This document shows positions 1 to 13,528 of a DNA stretch of 64,000 nt, piece after piece; positions within the stretch are counted from its first letter, which is position 1, and each line of letters begins with the position of its first letter. Where the stretch lies: positions 1 through 64,000 of the forward strand of contig CAWDPO010000030.1 in the NCBI GenBank assembly GCA_963804165.1, written 5' to 3'. Source of the stretch: an uncultured delta proteobacterium. Its GTDB lineage: Bacteria; Desulfobacterota; Binatia; UBA9968. Under the pieces are notes generated by a model. It was not told where the DNA came from. It ran no database searches and was given only the letters and a program-made list of their open reading frames with translations. The translations under genes were made by a program, and so were the position numbers.

Positions 1-3
1 CCT

Positions 4-52
4 AGCAATACGTAACCCTGCTGCGTGCCTTTTTAAGCAACTACGTATTGCT
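4..52. other. Probable Oxford Nanopore adapter remnants (non-biological)
   Basis: AGCAATACGTAAC (4-16) and TACGTATTGCT (42-52) match the two orientations of the ONT ligation adapter end (...GTTACGTATTGCT). Confidence 0.7.
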
Positions 53-1220
53 CGCGTTGGCAATATTCGCCGTGACGGCCACGACCATCCCACGGGCCGG
101 AAATGTCATGAACGACGTGGTGCCGCCTTTCAGGCTCCGGCTGGCATGGTGCACCATTCGCGTCGGTTCGTCCGCAAGCGTCACCTCCTCCACCATCCAG
201 CCGAGGCCGTATTCGGTCTCCTTGCCCGACGTCAGCACCTGAGGTGTCTGGAGCTTCCTGACGGTGTCGGCCTGCAGCAGCTTGCCGCCGTTGACCGCCA
301 TCCCGAACCGCACGAGGTCGGACGGCGTCGACAGGATTGCGCCGGCGCCGGCGAAACAGGAGTAGTCGACGGCGGTCGCCGGCACGACGCCCTCACCGCC
401 GTCTCCGGTGAACCTTCGCTGGTAGAAGGTCACCCGATCCCGGATCGCGTTCGGTCGGGGAGTCGAACGTCGTGGAGGTCATGCCCAACGGCTTGAACAC
501 CTGCGCCGCCATGAATGATGAGAGCGGCTCCTTCGCCGCCGCCTCGACCGCGGCGCTCACCAGGACCCAGCCGTACGTCGAATAGCCGTACTGCGTGTCT
601 GGTTCGAACCGCAGCGGATCATCCGCGAAACCCTTCAACCCGTCGGCCGCTCGCTCGCAGTGCGCGGTGGGCGCGGAGTCCTCTTCACTGCCGTAGTGCC
701 TGATGCCCGCCACGTGTCCCATCAGCTGGCGCAGCGTGACGGGCCACTGTTTCCTGGGGAACTCCGGCACGTAAGTCTGGATTTCGTCCTCGAGGTGCAG
801 CCGGCCTTTCTCGAGGAGCAGGCCGACTCCGGCCGACGTGAGCGCCTTGGACGTGTGCCCGATTCGGAACCGCATGCCTGGCGCGACGGGCACGCGCTTC
901 TCCATGTCCGCCCAGCCGAAACCTTCGGCCCACACGATCTCGCCGCCAACGCCGACCGCCACCGACAGGCCCGGCAGGTTCTGCTTGACGAGACCGGCAC
1001 GGGCGGACAGTCGCGCCTGATCGACGGCCGCGGCCCACTTTGGTGAAGGGGCCGCCAGCGCCACCGACGGCACGTCCGTCGGATTCGGGTGCAGCCTGGT
1101 GGAGACAGTCATGACGAACGTGTAGATCCCCAGCCCTGCCAGGAACACCACGAACACGCCCACACCGATCAGCGTGAGCGCCTTTTGCCTCCAGCGACCC
1201 GGTTCCTCCGCGGACCTCAT
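41..1220 (-). CDS. Serine hydrolase, beta-lactamase family, with N-terminal TM; frameshifted near 435, 3' end cut at read start
   Basis: ORFs 393..1220 and 41..433 join into one protein: PGLSVAV, FRIGHTSK (SxxK-position variant), YSTYGW, GAGAILSTPSDLVRFG, YGLGW. Confidence 0.85.
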
Positions 1221-1225
1221 GCGAC

Positions 1226-1242
1226 ACTTTATGATACAAAGT
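1226..1242. promoter_or_regulatory. Palindromic operator-like box overlapping -10 of serine hydrolase promoter
   Basis: ACTTTATGATACAAAGT. Minus strand reads TTGACG-18 nt-TAAAGT-5 nt-ATG. Same box at 6462 and 8965. Confidence 0.6.
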
Positions 1243-1381
1243 CTTGACCCGTCAACCTTGCGTGCACGGGTGCGAAGCTAAAGGGAGAAAGTTCAAAATA
1301 TGTGCTTGTAGAGTGCTGGTCTTGGCTTTCGAAGCGTAGCTCGACTCAAGTTATAGGTAAGCAAAGTAGGTATCGCCGGAG

Positions 1382-2315
1382 TTAAGAGCAAGGTTGGAAC
1401 ATGAAGTTAGCGGAAACGACCGCATGAAGGGTATACTTCAGGAGTACACGCTTGACGTAGTCGGCGCTGTCAGCGACGCTCCGGAAGGGATCGTGGGTGA
1501 AGTTGCCCCCCTGCTCGACGAAGAAATGCGTCAGCCCCGCGAGCGAAGCATCGGGCCAGATGCGCGCAAAAACGATAGTGCCATTCCCAAGCTCGGTGTA
1601 GTCCAGGCTGACCTTGTGCATGTCCTTGACATGCCACATCACGAAGCGGCCTGGCGCCCGCTTGAACCACTCGTTCGGTGAGAGCTTCGACCCATGAGCG
1701 ACCCAGTACAGGTCCATCTGCAGCTTCACCAGCGCGGGATCCGTTTCCTTGAGGAGGATGTCGTATCCGATCTGCCCTTGCTGCTCGACGAACTCGAAGT
1801 CGTGGTTGTGATAAGCGAGTTGCAGCTTGGCCTTCTTGAGGTGCTCGCCAAGCAGGTTCAGCCGCTCGGCGACCATCTTGAATTTCTCGATCGTTCGGTC
1901 GCCCTCGCCGAGCAGGGGCCAGGTGATATACGTCTGCCCGAGGGCATGGGCGCCCTCCGCGCATCGATCGACGTACCGCTTGAGGTCGTCGATACTGGAT
2001 GACGTATACCGGTTCAGATCGTAGTGGCCGCTCGGGGTGGTCAGGTTCAGATCGCGGAGCCGCTGCGCGAAATCCTTGGCGCTCAGACCGTAGTAACGCA
2101 TCCCTTCCGGATCGAAGCCGTAGGTCTCGAACTCTTCGTACCCCATGCCGGCGACGCGTTTCAGCGTGCCCTCGACGTCCCGTGCCATGGCGGCGCGCAC
2201 CGTATAGAGCTGCAGGCCCATCTTGTAGCGGCGCTGCGGCTGAAACAGCTGGAGAAAAGACCGCGGCCGACGCGAACGCGCCAGCCTGTTGGATGAAGGT
2301 TCGCCGGCTGATCAT
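1382..2315 (-). CDS. Sugar phosphate isomerase/epimerase (TIM barrel) with Tat signal; frameshift near 2225
   Basis: MISRRTFIQ twin-arginine signal after GGAGGA RBS; GLQLYTVR, YHNHDFEF, QMDLYW, HVKD, FFVEQ motifs. True stop is uncertain (near 1434). Confidence 0.85.
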
Positions 2316-2440
2316 GTGTGTCCTCCGGAGTTGTGTGGCCAACGCACGATATCCCGGTTGGGCCTGCTTAGCTGGCAGCATAACTCCGATGAAGCTTGCG
2401 CGACCTCGGACCTGACCCGTGCGCAGCTATAATCCGGCGT

Positions 2441-3908
2441 ATGACTCGCGCCCGACTGTTCATCCCCGCATTGGCGTTCGCTCACGTTCGGCGGCACCAC
2501 CGCGTTGGCTCAGCACTGGCCGCAATGGCGCGGCCCCACCCACGACGGCGTGAGCCTCGAGACGAACCTCCCCGTATCCTGGGGCGCCGAATGCAAAGCG
2601 GGATCGCCGGCCGCCAGCGGAGTCGGCCGGCGGCCTTCCGATCAGGGCGCCGCACCTCAGACCCCCGACGCACCACCACAGGGCGGCGGGCGCGGCCGCG
2701 GTCAGCCTGCCGAGGGACGTCCCCTCGCCTCGATCGCGTGCAAGGACTTCGACACGAAGAACGTCGCCTGGAAGCTGCCGCTTCCGGCCTACAGCGGCTC
2801 GACGCCGATCGTCTGGGGCAACACGATCTTCCTGAACGTCGCCACCGCGGCGAACACCGGCTCGATCGAGCTGTGGGCGATCGATCAGCAACAAGCCCGC
2901 AGTGAAGTGGAAGCGCCCGCTCGTCGCCGCCAACCACATGGAGCGCAAGCAGAACATGTCGTCCCCGTCGCCGGTCACGGACGGCAAGCACGTCTGGGTG
3001 ATGACGGGGTTCGGCGTCTTCAAGGCCTTCGACTTCGACGGCAAGGAGATCTGGTCGCGCGATCTGCAGGCCGACTACGGGAAGTTCGGGCTGAACTGGG
3101 GATACGCGTCGTCGCCGCTGCTTCGGCCCGACGGGCTCTACGTGCAGGTCCTGCACGGGATGAAGACCGACGATCCGTCGTACGTCCTGAAGATCGACAG
3201 GATGACGGGCAAGACGTTGTGGCGCGTCGAAAGGCCGACGCCGGCTGTCCGTGAATCTCCCGACTCCTACACGACGCCAGCGTGGGTCGAGGCCAACGGC
3301 CGCGCCGAGCTGATCATCACGGGCGGCGACGTCGTGTCCGGCCACGATCCGGCGACGGGCAAGGAGTACTGGCGCGCCGACGTCCTCAATCCGACGAGAG
3401 GGCGCCGCCTACCGGATCGTCGCGTCCCCCACAATCGTCGACGGCCTGATCATCGCGCCGTCGCGCAACAACCCGCTCGTCGCCATGCGTCCCGGCGGCA
3501 GCGGCGACGTCGCCGCCACGCACGTCGCGTGGACGTTCGCGCAGGGACCCGACGTGCCCACGCCGGTCAGCGACGGCAAGCTGCTGTATGTCGTCCGGGA
3601 CGGCGGCGTCGTCTTCGCGCTCGACGTCAAGACGGGCGCAAACCGTATACGGGCCGGAGCGCCTGCCGTCCGGCACCTACAGCGCGTCGCCGGTCCTCGC
3701 CGACGGCAAGATCTACGTCACGACCGAGGAAGAGGGGCTGACGACGGTGTTCCGCGCCGGGCCGAAGTTCGAGATCCTCTCGTCGAACACGCTGCTCGGC
3801 GATTGCTCGCCGTACTGCCTGAGCACCGTGGCCATCTCCGAAGGTCAGCTCTTCATCCGCAGCTCGTCGTACCTCTGGGCGATCGGGGAGCGGAAGGGAG
3901 CGAAATAG
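2441..3908 (+). CDS. PQQ-binding-like beta-propeller protein (BamB-like), frameshifted
   Basis: [35 protein letters not shown] across ORFs 2505/2902/3485/3588; TATAAT 7 nt upstream of ATG. Confidence 0.85.
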
Positions 3909-3915
3909 AAAGCAC

Positions 3916-6448
3916 CTATTCCGAGCGCATGGCCACCATCGGCTGGACCGACGCGGCGCGGCGTGCAGGGGCGAGGCTGGCGAAGACCGCGACGAGTACC
4001 GCAATCGCGGCGCCGACGACGTACGCCAGGTACTCCACGTTGCTGAGCGAGATGCCCATGTTTTCGCCGTTGAGGCGAATGAGGGCGGCCGTGAGGATGA
4101 GTCCGACGGCCACGCCAGGCGTCACGAGCTTCACGACGTCGAACAGGATCATGCCGAGCACGCGTCGACGCGAGGCGCCCAGCGCGACGCGCACGGCGAT
4201 CTCGCGAGTGCGCGTCGCGACCATCAATCCGACGACGCCGTAAATTCCAAGCGCGGCCAGCATCAGGATCACGCCGCCGCTCAGCCCGCGACGGCCGACT
4301 GCGTCAGGAAGTCGTCCATGCTGTTTTCCCGAAGCGCAAACGCCGGTGACGATACTGGATAGGCCACGCCGTCACGTTGTTAAGCGCGGTTGAACTCCGG
4401 ATCGAGTTCGCGGACCACGTTCTCGAGGGCCCCGGTCATCTTCATCGGTTGTTCACCCGGCGCGCTGCGTGCGATCCAGTAGCCAACGGACGGATTTCGG
4501 CGGACTCGAGTGCTGGGCCAGCGGCAACAGCAACTGTTCCCGCTCGGTGCTCATCTGCGAAGTCGGGAAATCGCCGGTGACACCCACGATGGTGAGCGTT
4601 TGCTGCGTCCGTCTTCTGCGTCGGCCCCGAACGTCAATCGCTTGCCGATCGCTTCGGCGGCTTCGGCATTCGGAAAGAGTTGGTCGGCGAGCGGTTTCGA
4701 AATGATGGTCACCATCTCGGCGCCTGCGCGGTCATCGACGGTGAAACCGCGCCCGCGCAAAAGCGGAATACCCATCGTGTTCAGATAACCGTCGCCGACG
4801 CGTGTCACGTGGGCGGCGACGAACGTCGGCGCTACGTTCGCTTCCGCCTGCAGCGCTACTCTCTTGATGCGGTATCGGAAGTCCAGCGGCAGGCCGTCCG
4901 CGACAGTGACGGATGCAACACCGCTCGCCTTTGCGAGATTGTCGCGGACGCTTCGGATTCGGAAAGCCGACGTTCTGTCATGTCGCGTGACGACAGCGTC
5001 GAGCTTCAACGGCGCTGCGTACAACAGGTCGGAATCGAATCCGAGATCGGCTGTTGCCGTGGCGCGGACTCGATCGAGGCAAATGCCACCCATGACGAGC
5101 AAGGGCACCGCGATCGCGACCTGCAAAGCCGCTGTCACGCGATGAACGCGGCCCACGCGGAAGCCGCCGCCGCCGGCATCGTCCTTCAGGGCGGAGATGA
5201 TCACGGGACGACTGAAGCGAGTTGCCGGCAAAAATCCGAACACCAGACTGGTCACCAGGCAGAGCCCGACACAGATCGCGACCATGGAAACATCGACTCT
5301 CAGCGCCTCCTGAAACTGAACCGGAATGGGTTTCCCGACCATCCACGACAGCACCGACGGAATGTTGAAGAGCACGAGCGAAGCCGAGAGTCCCGCCAAG
5401 ACCCGCCAGCAAGATGGCTTCGGCTAAAAGATACTGCACCAGCCGTCCCCGGCTGGCGCCGATCGCCTGGCGTATCGACAGTTCCCGCTCCCGCATCGCG
5501 CTGCGAACCTGCATCATGCCGGAGATGTTCAGGCACACGACCAGAAGCACCATTCCGGTCAGGGTGAACGCGACGGCCTGAAGATCCAGGAATGCGGAAC
5601 GCTGCGAGGTTGCCGCAGGGAGTCGTACGCCGCGACGATGCCGGCCTTGAACTCGTTCGTCGCCGGATACTGTTTAGCCAACTGCGATGTGACGGCCGAA
5701 ACGGCCGCGCTCGCCTGCGCAACGCTGACTCCGGGCGACAGGCGGCCGTGGATGTGCACCCACTCATTGTCCGGTCGGAACGAACTCGTTGCTGTCCTGT
5801 CAAGAAGAAGTGGATACCGTTCGAGCGGAACAAAGAGTTCTGCTTCCTGAAAACCGAGGTGCCCCTCGAACTGATCCGGCGCGATGCCGACCACGACATG
5901 GGGAACGTCATCCAGGGTAAGCGTCTTCCGATGATGTCCGGATCGGAGCCCAGGCTGGTTCTGCCAGAACGTCGTATCCCAGAATCACGACGGGTTCCGT
6001 CTGCGGTCATCCATCACCTCGTCGAATCCCGGTCCGCGCGCCAGCGCCACGCCGATCGTCCTGAAGTAGTTGGCGGAGACAAACATCGTCGACACGACTC
6101 TGTCTCCACTCCTCCTGGAGTCTGAATCGTGATTTTGCTTCCGGTCCGTCGGCCCAACCGGTCATCGCAATCCCGGTATCGGCGGCGCGCAGGTCCACGA
6201 AGTCCGGATAGGACCACTCGTCGTCGGCCGCGCGCGGGCCAAGTGGCGTCGTGATAAGCTTCGACCAGGCCCTCCGTGTTCACACCGGGAGGCGGCATCC
6301 TCGTGACTCGTGCGCCGTACGGAATCGCGATGACCGGCGCCATGCCGATTCCGAGCGACACGACACACACGAACGTGAAAGCTCGAGCCTTCGCCAGCGA
6401 CCGGCCGGCATAAACCAGATCGCGCCAGATGCCCTTGAACATGATCAT
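3916..6448 (-). CDS. ADOP/MacB-FtsX-type ABC permease, frameshifted
   Basis: WRDLVYAGRSLAK start; LLVVCLNISGM..RERELSIRQAIGASRGRL; GIYGVV..RTREIAVRVALGA..PARRAASVQPMVAMRSE. Confidence 0.88.
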
Positions 6449-6461
6449 TGAACCACACAGT

Positions 6462-6478
6462 ACTTTGCAATGCAAAGA
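6462..6478. promoter_or_regulatory. Palindromic operator-like box upstream of ABC permease
   Basis: ACTTTGCAATGCAAAGA, 13 nt upstream of permease ATG (6448). Confidence 0.6.
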
Positions 6479-6481
6479 GGA

Positions 6482-6511
6482 TTGATCGCAGAAACACACG
6501 ACGCGTATAAT
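6482..6511 (+). promoter_or_regulatory. Sigma70-like promoter of kinase gene
   Basis: TTGATC-18 nt-TATAAT, 17 nt before ATG 6529. Confidence 0.5.
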
Positions 6512-6528
6512 GACGCGCGAAGCCCGCC

Positions 6529-8910
<2,382 letters not shown>

Positions 8911-8964
8911 CCGCGATCCTCCGCGAGGCAGCGCATCTGCGAACTTGACCGAGAGGTAATACTT

Positions 8965-8981
8965 ACTTTGTAAACCAAAGT
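8965..8981. promoter_or_regulatory. Palindromic operator-like box upstream of repeat-domain protein
   Basis: ACTTTGTAAACCAAAGT, 20 nt upstream of ATG 9002. Confidence 0.6.
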
Positions 8982-9001
8982 CAATGTGCGACAATGGGCG
9001 C

Positions 9002-10316
9002 ATGGTGAAGAAAGGGACGATCGCCCGCGCGGCGTTTGCCGCGGTGCTGATCCTCATCCTTCTCGCCATCGCCATCGGCTACTCCGCATTCGAGCGGAAC
9101 TTCGGTAGCGACACATCGATTCCGCCGGCCATCGCCCCCGCGTCCGCTGCCGAGGAGGCGCATCCGAGTTTCCTCTACGGCCGCGTCGCCATCGCCGCCG
9201 GCGCGACGTACGAGGGACGACTCCGCTGGGGGCGGGGCGGCGGCCAGGAGGCGTTCTGGGGCGACTACTTCAACGGCTTCAAGTCCCACAACCCGTGGGC
9301 CGTTCACGTGCCGCCCGAACGGCTGGGCAAAGACCCGATCAAGATCTTCGGCGTCGAAATCGGCGGCGGTAGCAAGCTCGATCTCGGCCGGCCCTTCATG
9401 GCGCGCTTCGGCGACATCGCTCGCATCGAGTCGGCCGGCCGTGACGTGCGGCTGACGCTCAAGAGCGGGACCGTACTCATCACCAATTATTCCGCCTTCA
9501 ACGACCTCGATGATGGCGTGCGCGTGTGGGACCGCAGTCAGGGGATTCTGGACGTCGGCTCTCGACAGGTCCGCACCATCGATTTTCTTCCCGCTCCCGG
9601 AGCAGGTCCGCTCCCGCATCGACTGCACGGCACGGTGCACACGCGCTCTGGCGACTTCACTGGTTTCGTCCAGTGGAATCGGAACAAAGGCCTTGGCGCC
9701 GACGAGCTCGGCGGCCGCACCGCCGATGGTGATCTGCGCGTGCGCTTCGACACGATCCGGTCGATCGCGCGCAAGGAGCAGAGCTCGCTGGTCACGCTGC
9801 TCGACGGGAGTGAGATCGTGCTCACCGGCCCCGACGTCCGGCCACGCCAACCTCGGCATCTACGTCGACGATCCGCGCTTCGGTCGAGTGCTGGTCTCGT
9901 GGGACACTTTCGAGCGGCTCGACTTCAGTCCAGGCGGCGGCGGTCCGGCGTACGGCGACTTCCCGCCCGGCCTCCCGCTTACGGGCATCGTCACCACTCG
10001 CACCGGCCGGCGCCTCGCGGGCCGGCTCGTCTACGACCTCGACGAGAGCGAGACCACCGAAACGCTCGACGCGCCCGCTCAGGGCGTGGACTATACGATT
10101 CCGTTCGGCTTGATCACCTCGATAGTGCTGCCCGGCCGCGAAGAGCGCGCCAGGGTGACGCTCTCGAACGGCGAGCAACTGCAGCTCGATCGCCGCGGCG
10201 ACCTCGGCGAAGCGAATGGCGGCATGCTGATCTTCGTCGACGGCAGTCAGCGCCCGGAGTACGTGCTCTGGACCGATGTCGAACGGGTTGATTTCCACCG
10301 CCCGAATCGCTACTGA
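9002..10316 (+). CDS. Membrane-anchored/secreted hypothetical protein with internal repeats; frameshift near 9840
   Basis: N-terminal hydrophobic helix; three similar units (LYGRVAIAAGATYEGRLRW / LHGTVHTRSGDFTGFVQW / LTGIVTTRTGRRLAGRLVY). Confidence 0.7.
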
Positions 10317-11208
10317 CTCTTCAGCTTCTTGAGCATCATCGCGGCGTTAGTGTTAGCCGGGTCGAGCGAGAGCGATTTCTCGTAGTTCTGGATCGCCAGC
10401 GGCGTGTTGCCGCTGACGAAGTACGCCTCGCCGAGGCTGTCGTAGACATTGGCGGAGTTTGGATAGGCCTCCACGTTCAGCTTCAGGATCTCGATCGCTT
10501 CCGGCACCCGCTTCCGGCTCAGGAGCCGGTATCCCAGACGTGTTGAAGTCACCTTCGTTGGTGTAGAGATCGCCGAAGCCTCGCGCCTTCAGGCTCCGGT
10601 ACTCGGCGACCGCCGCATCGATGCCGCGCTCGTCGATGATCTTCAGCAGCACCTCCGACAGTGCTTCGCCCTTCACGTCGACCAGCGTGACCACGAACAC
10701 CAGCGTCGCGTTCGGTGGAATGACGCCGCCGGCGCCCTTCTCGCCGTACCCCAGCGCGGCGGGACGATCAGCACCGCGCTGTCGCCGATCCCCAGTTGCG
10801 CCATGCCCTCCGATCCGAGCCTTTGATCACCGCTGCTGCGGCCCAGCGGAAACGCGATCGGCTCCTTCCGGTCCTGCGAGCTGTGGAACTTGGTGCCGTC
10901 GGTGAGCGTGCCGGTGTAGTGCACCAGCACCGTCTCGCCGGGCTTCGGCCGCGGCCTTTCGCGCGCGACGTGATTACGTAGGTCAGCCCGGACGCCGTGG
11001 TGATGCCGAGCTGCGGCGGCTTCGGTGCCGGTTTGACTGCGCGCGGGACGGGCTTGGCTGCCGGCTTGGGCGGCGCAGGTTTTGGCTTGGTCTGCGCCGG
11101 CTTGGTTTGCGACGCCGCCACGAGGGGCGCCGCCGCCGTCGTTATCGTCGTTACCGTCGTAGCAACAACGGTCGCGACCGCGACCACTCGAAGCGATTTC
11201 ATGGTCAT
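10310..11208 (-). CDS. FKBP-type peptidyl-prolyl isomerase fused to C-terminal TPR domain, frameshifted
   Basis: Signal peptide, Pro/Lys linker, TTASGL, VLVHYTGTLTDGTKF, IPPNATLVFVV; then LGYRLL..KLNVEAYPNSANVYDSLGEAY. Confidence 0.8.
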
Positions 11209-11577
11209 CGTGGAACGATACCACCAGGATCGCTCATAGCCGGTGAAGACCGAGGTGCGATAGTCCTGAATTGGCGGCTTTGATCCGCGCGGGCGCAGAC
11301 ATCCGTCTCGATGACGTCGTGTATGCCGCCGAAACCGGGGAGTCCGTCATGGAATCCTTCTTGCCTTCCGGTTGCCAGGCCCATCGCGGTCGTCCGGGAC
11401 GGACCATGGCGTTTTGCGCGACCGTTATCGGCAGGGCACCCGCTTGCGACATCGGTCGTGAATGTAGGTGGTCGAGGATGTCGGCGCCAGCTACGCCATC
11501 GTGTTGATGGCTCTTTTCATCGTCTGAGTGCGCGCTGACATCGGCCGTCCACGCGACAACCGTATTGAACGCGGCTC

Positions 11578-12455
11578 CTACTTGCTGGGAATGTGCGTCG
11601 GCGCCCGGAGTGTGACATCGGCGCTTGGCCGAGACGCTGAATCGGTCGGACGGCTTGACGCCTTCCGGCAGGGCTATTCGACGACGTCCCGGCTGCTTAG
11701 CGCTTCGGCGAGCTGCTGCAGGCAGATGACGGCGCCTGCGAGTCGACCGTGAACCTCCTCGCGGCGTCCGCCGGACCGCTTCGGGCCGTCGCCGAGGACC
11801 TGGTTAATGCCCAGGTTCTCGTTGAGCAGGTCTTCGGACCGGTTGGGTTGTGTCGTGGGCCTGAGCTGGTATCCGATGACCGAGACGACATGGAGCGCCG
11901 CGCCGCTCTTGCGGAGCTGCTCCAGCACGTGATCCGGCGGCAGCGGCGTGTGCTCTTCGCCACCAACGGTGAGCGCGAGGATGACGGGCCGTTCGACGCG
12001 ACGGCGTTCGAAATCGAGGGCCGCGTCGGAGATGCCGGCCAGGAGCTGCCCGCCGTCGGGTGTGCCGGGCCGCGCGTTGAGTTGCATGATCGCTTCCCGC
12101 AGGACGTCGCTGTTCGGCGTGAAGGGCGTGAGCTTCAGCGGCTGCCCGGCGACCGTGATGATCGAGAACTCTGCGCGCCCGAGCAGCGCCTCGACGAATC
12201 GCGCGACCGCCACCCTGAACAGGCCGGTGCCGTTGTCGTCCACCAGGATGGCAATCTGGAGCGGGCCGCTGGCGGGCGTCAGGGAGACGATCTCGCGCGT
12301 CTTGCCCCCCTCCTTCACCTCGATGTCTGCGGCGGTGAGGTCGGCAATCACGGCTCCGCTGCGGTCGTGTGCCGACACGTAGACGCGGCCTTCTGCGGCT
12401 GGGACCTCGCAGCAATCAGCGCGGCGTCGAGCAACGGTGCGCGGAGGCGACTCAT
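11578..12455 (-). CDS. Acidobacterial VWA-domain protein, frameshifted
   Basis: SAHDRSGAVIADLTAADIEVKEGGKTREI, PLQIAILVDDNG; reconstructed end ..LPEGVKPSDRFSVS..TLRAPTHIPSK*. Confidence 0.7.
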
Positions 12456-12571
12456 TGGACCTCGTCGACGTAGGTGTTGCGGAACCGGATCTCTGAATGA
12501 CGGGTCGGCAGCCCGATCGGGCTGCGCGCCGGCGCCGGGCCGCCTGGGACAGCTGCGGATGATGACCGCTG

Positions 12572-13015
12572 TCAGCTTCGATTTTGGGCAGACTGCGCAG
12601 AAGATGGCCAGATCAGCCGTTGTTCACTCGCGGCCGACAGCGGGCGGCCGAGCAGACGTTGGAGCTCGGCGACGAGATGCCCGGGCACGCACGGCTTCGC
12701 CAGTATGACTTGCATCGCCACGCCCCGGGCGCGCGTGTGGATGTCAGTGGTCCAATGGGCGGTGAGTCCGATAATCGGAACGCTCTCCGTGCGCCAATCG
12801 GCGCGCAGCGCGGCCGCCAGCTCGAACCCGTTGATGCCAGGCAGGGTGATGTCCGTGACCACCACGGCGGGTGGCTGGGTCAGGGCGATCGGCAGCGCCT
12901 CGGCGGCATTCGTGACGCCAACGGGCTCGAATCCGGCTGCCGTCAGAAACTCGACGTAGCCGCTGAGCGCGTTCTCGTCATCTTCGACGATGAGTACCCG
13001 ATTGGTCATGGACAT
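12572..13015 (-). CDS. Single-domain response regulator (receiver)
   Basis: VLIVEDD, VVVTDITLPGINGFEL, IIGLTA, LAKP. Confidence 0.88.
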   Translation of the reverse strand: MSMTNRVLIVEDDENALSGYVEFLTAAGFEPVGVTNAAEALPIALTQPPAVVVTDITLPGINGFELAAALRADWRTESVPIIGLTAHWTTDIHTRARGVAMQVILAKPCVPGHLVAELQRLLGRPLSAASEQRLIWPSSAQSAQNRS

Positions 13016-13183
13016 CGTCCTCGCGCTCAGGCCTAGCAAGCAGAGCGCCAGCACCGTGGAGCCCCGCCGGGCCGCAGTTTTCGACTCCTTCGCCTTGTCA
13101 AAGATCTGAAAGTGAACATCGACGTTCGGATTTGTCGGCGCGGGTTTGTTTCACGGACGCATGGTTCGGGGGAGGGTTGACCG

Positions 13184-13207
13184 CAGTCTTACTTCGATGT
13201 AAGACTG
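13184..13207. promoter_or_regulatory. Probable PadR operator
   Basis: Perfect inverted repeat CAGTCTTAC-N6-GTAAGACTG between TTGACC (13177) and the PadR start. Confidence 0.65.
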
Positions 13208-13213
13208 GAGGCC

Positions 13214-13528
13214 GTGTCCAGCCCGCACCCTCGCCTTCTCACGCTGTCTCCGAAAGAACTGCTCGTTCTCGAGCTGCTGCTCCGGCATCCGGAGTTGTAC
13301 GGCCTGCAGCTCGTGACCGCGTCGAAGGGCCGGCTGAAGCGAGGCACCGTCTACGTCACGCTCGGTCGGATGGAAGAGAAGGGCTACATCACGTCCAAGC
13401 TCGAGGCTGCACCGTCTGGCATGGGTGGGTTGCCTCGACGCCTCTATGCGGCGACACCTCTTGGACGCCGCATGTTCGCAGCCTGGACCAGCGGCGCGAA
13501 GCAGCTGGTGCCGGAGTTGGGGCGATGA
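13214..13528 (+). CDS. PadR family transcriptional regulator
   Basis: ELLVLELL..LYGLQL..GTVYVTLGRMEEKGYITS..PRRLY..TPLG; ATGA overlap with the downstream permease. Confidence 0.9.
   Translation: MSSPHPRLLTLSPKELLVLELLLRHPELYGLQLVTASKGRLKRGTVYVTLGRMEEKGYITSKLEAAPSGMGGLPRRLYAATPLGRRMFAAWTSGAKQLVPELGR

Noticed and set aside
11234-11570. Possible small minus-strand gene between FKBP and VWA genes
   Set aside because: No consistent frame or recognisable motif could be reconstructed.
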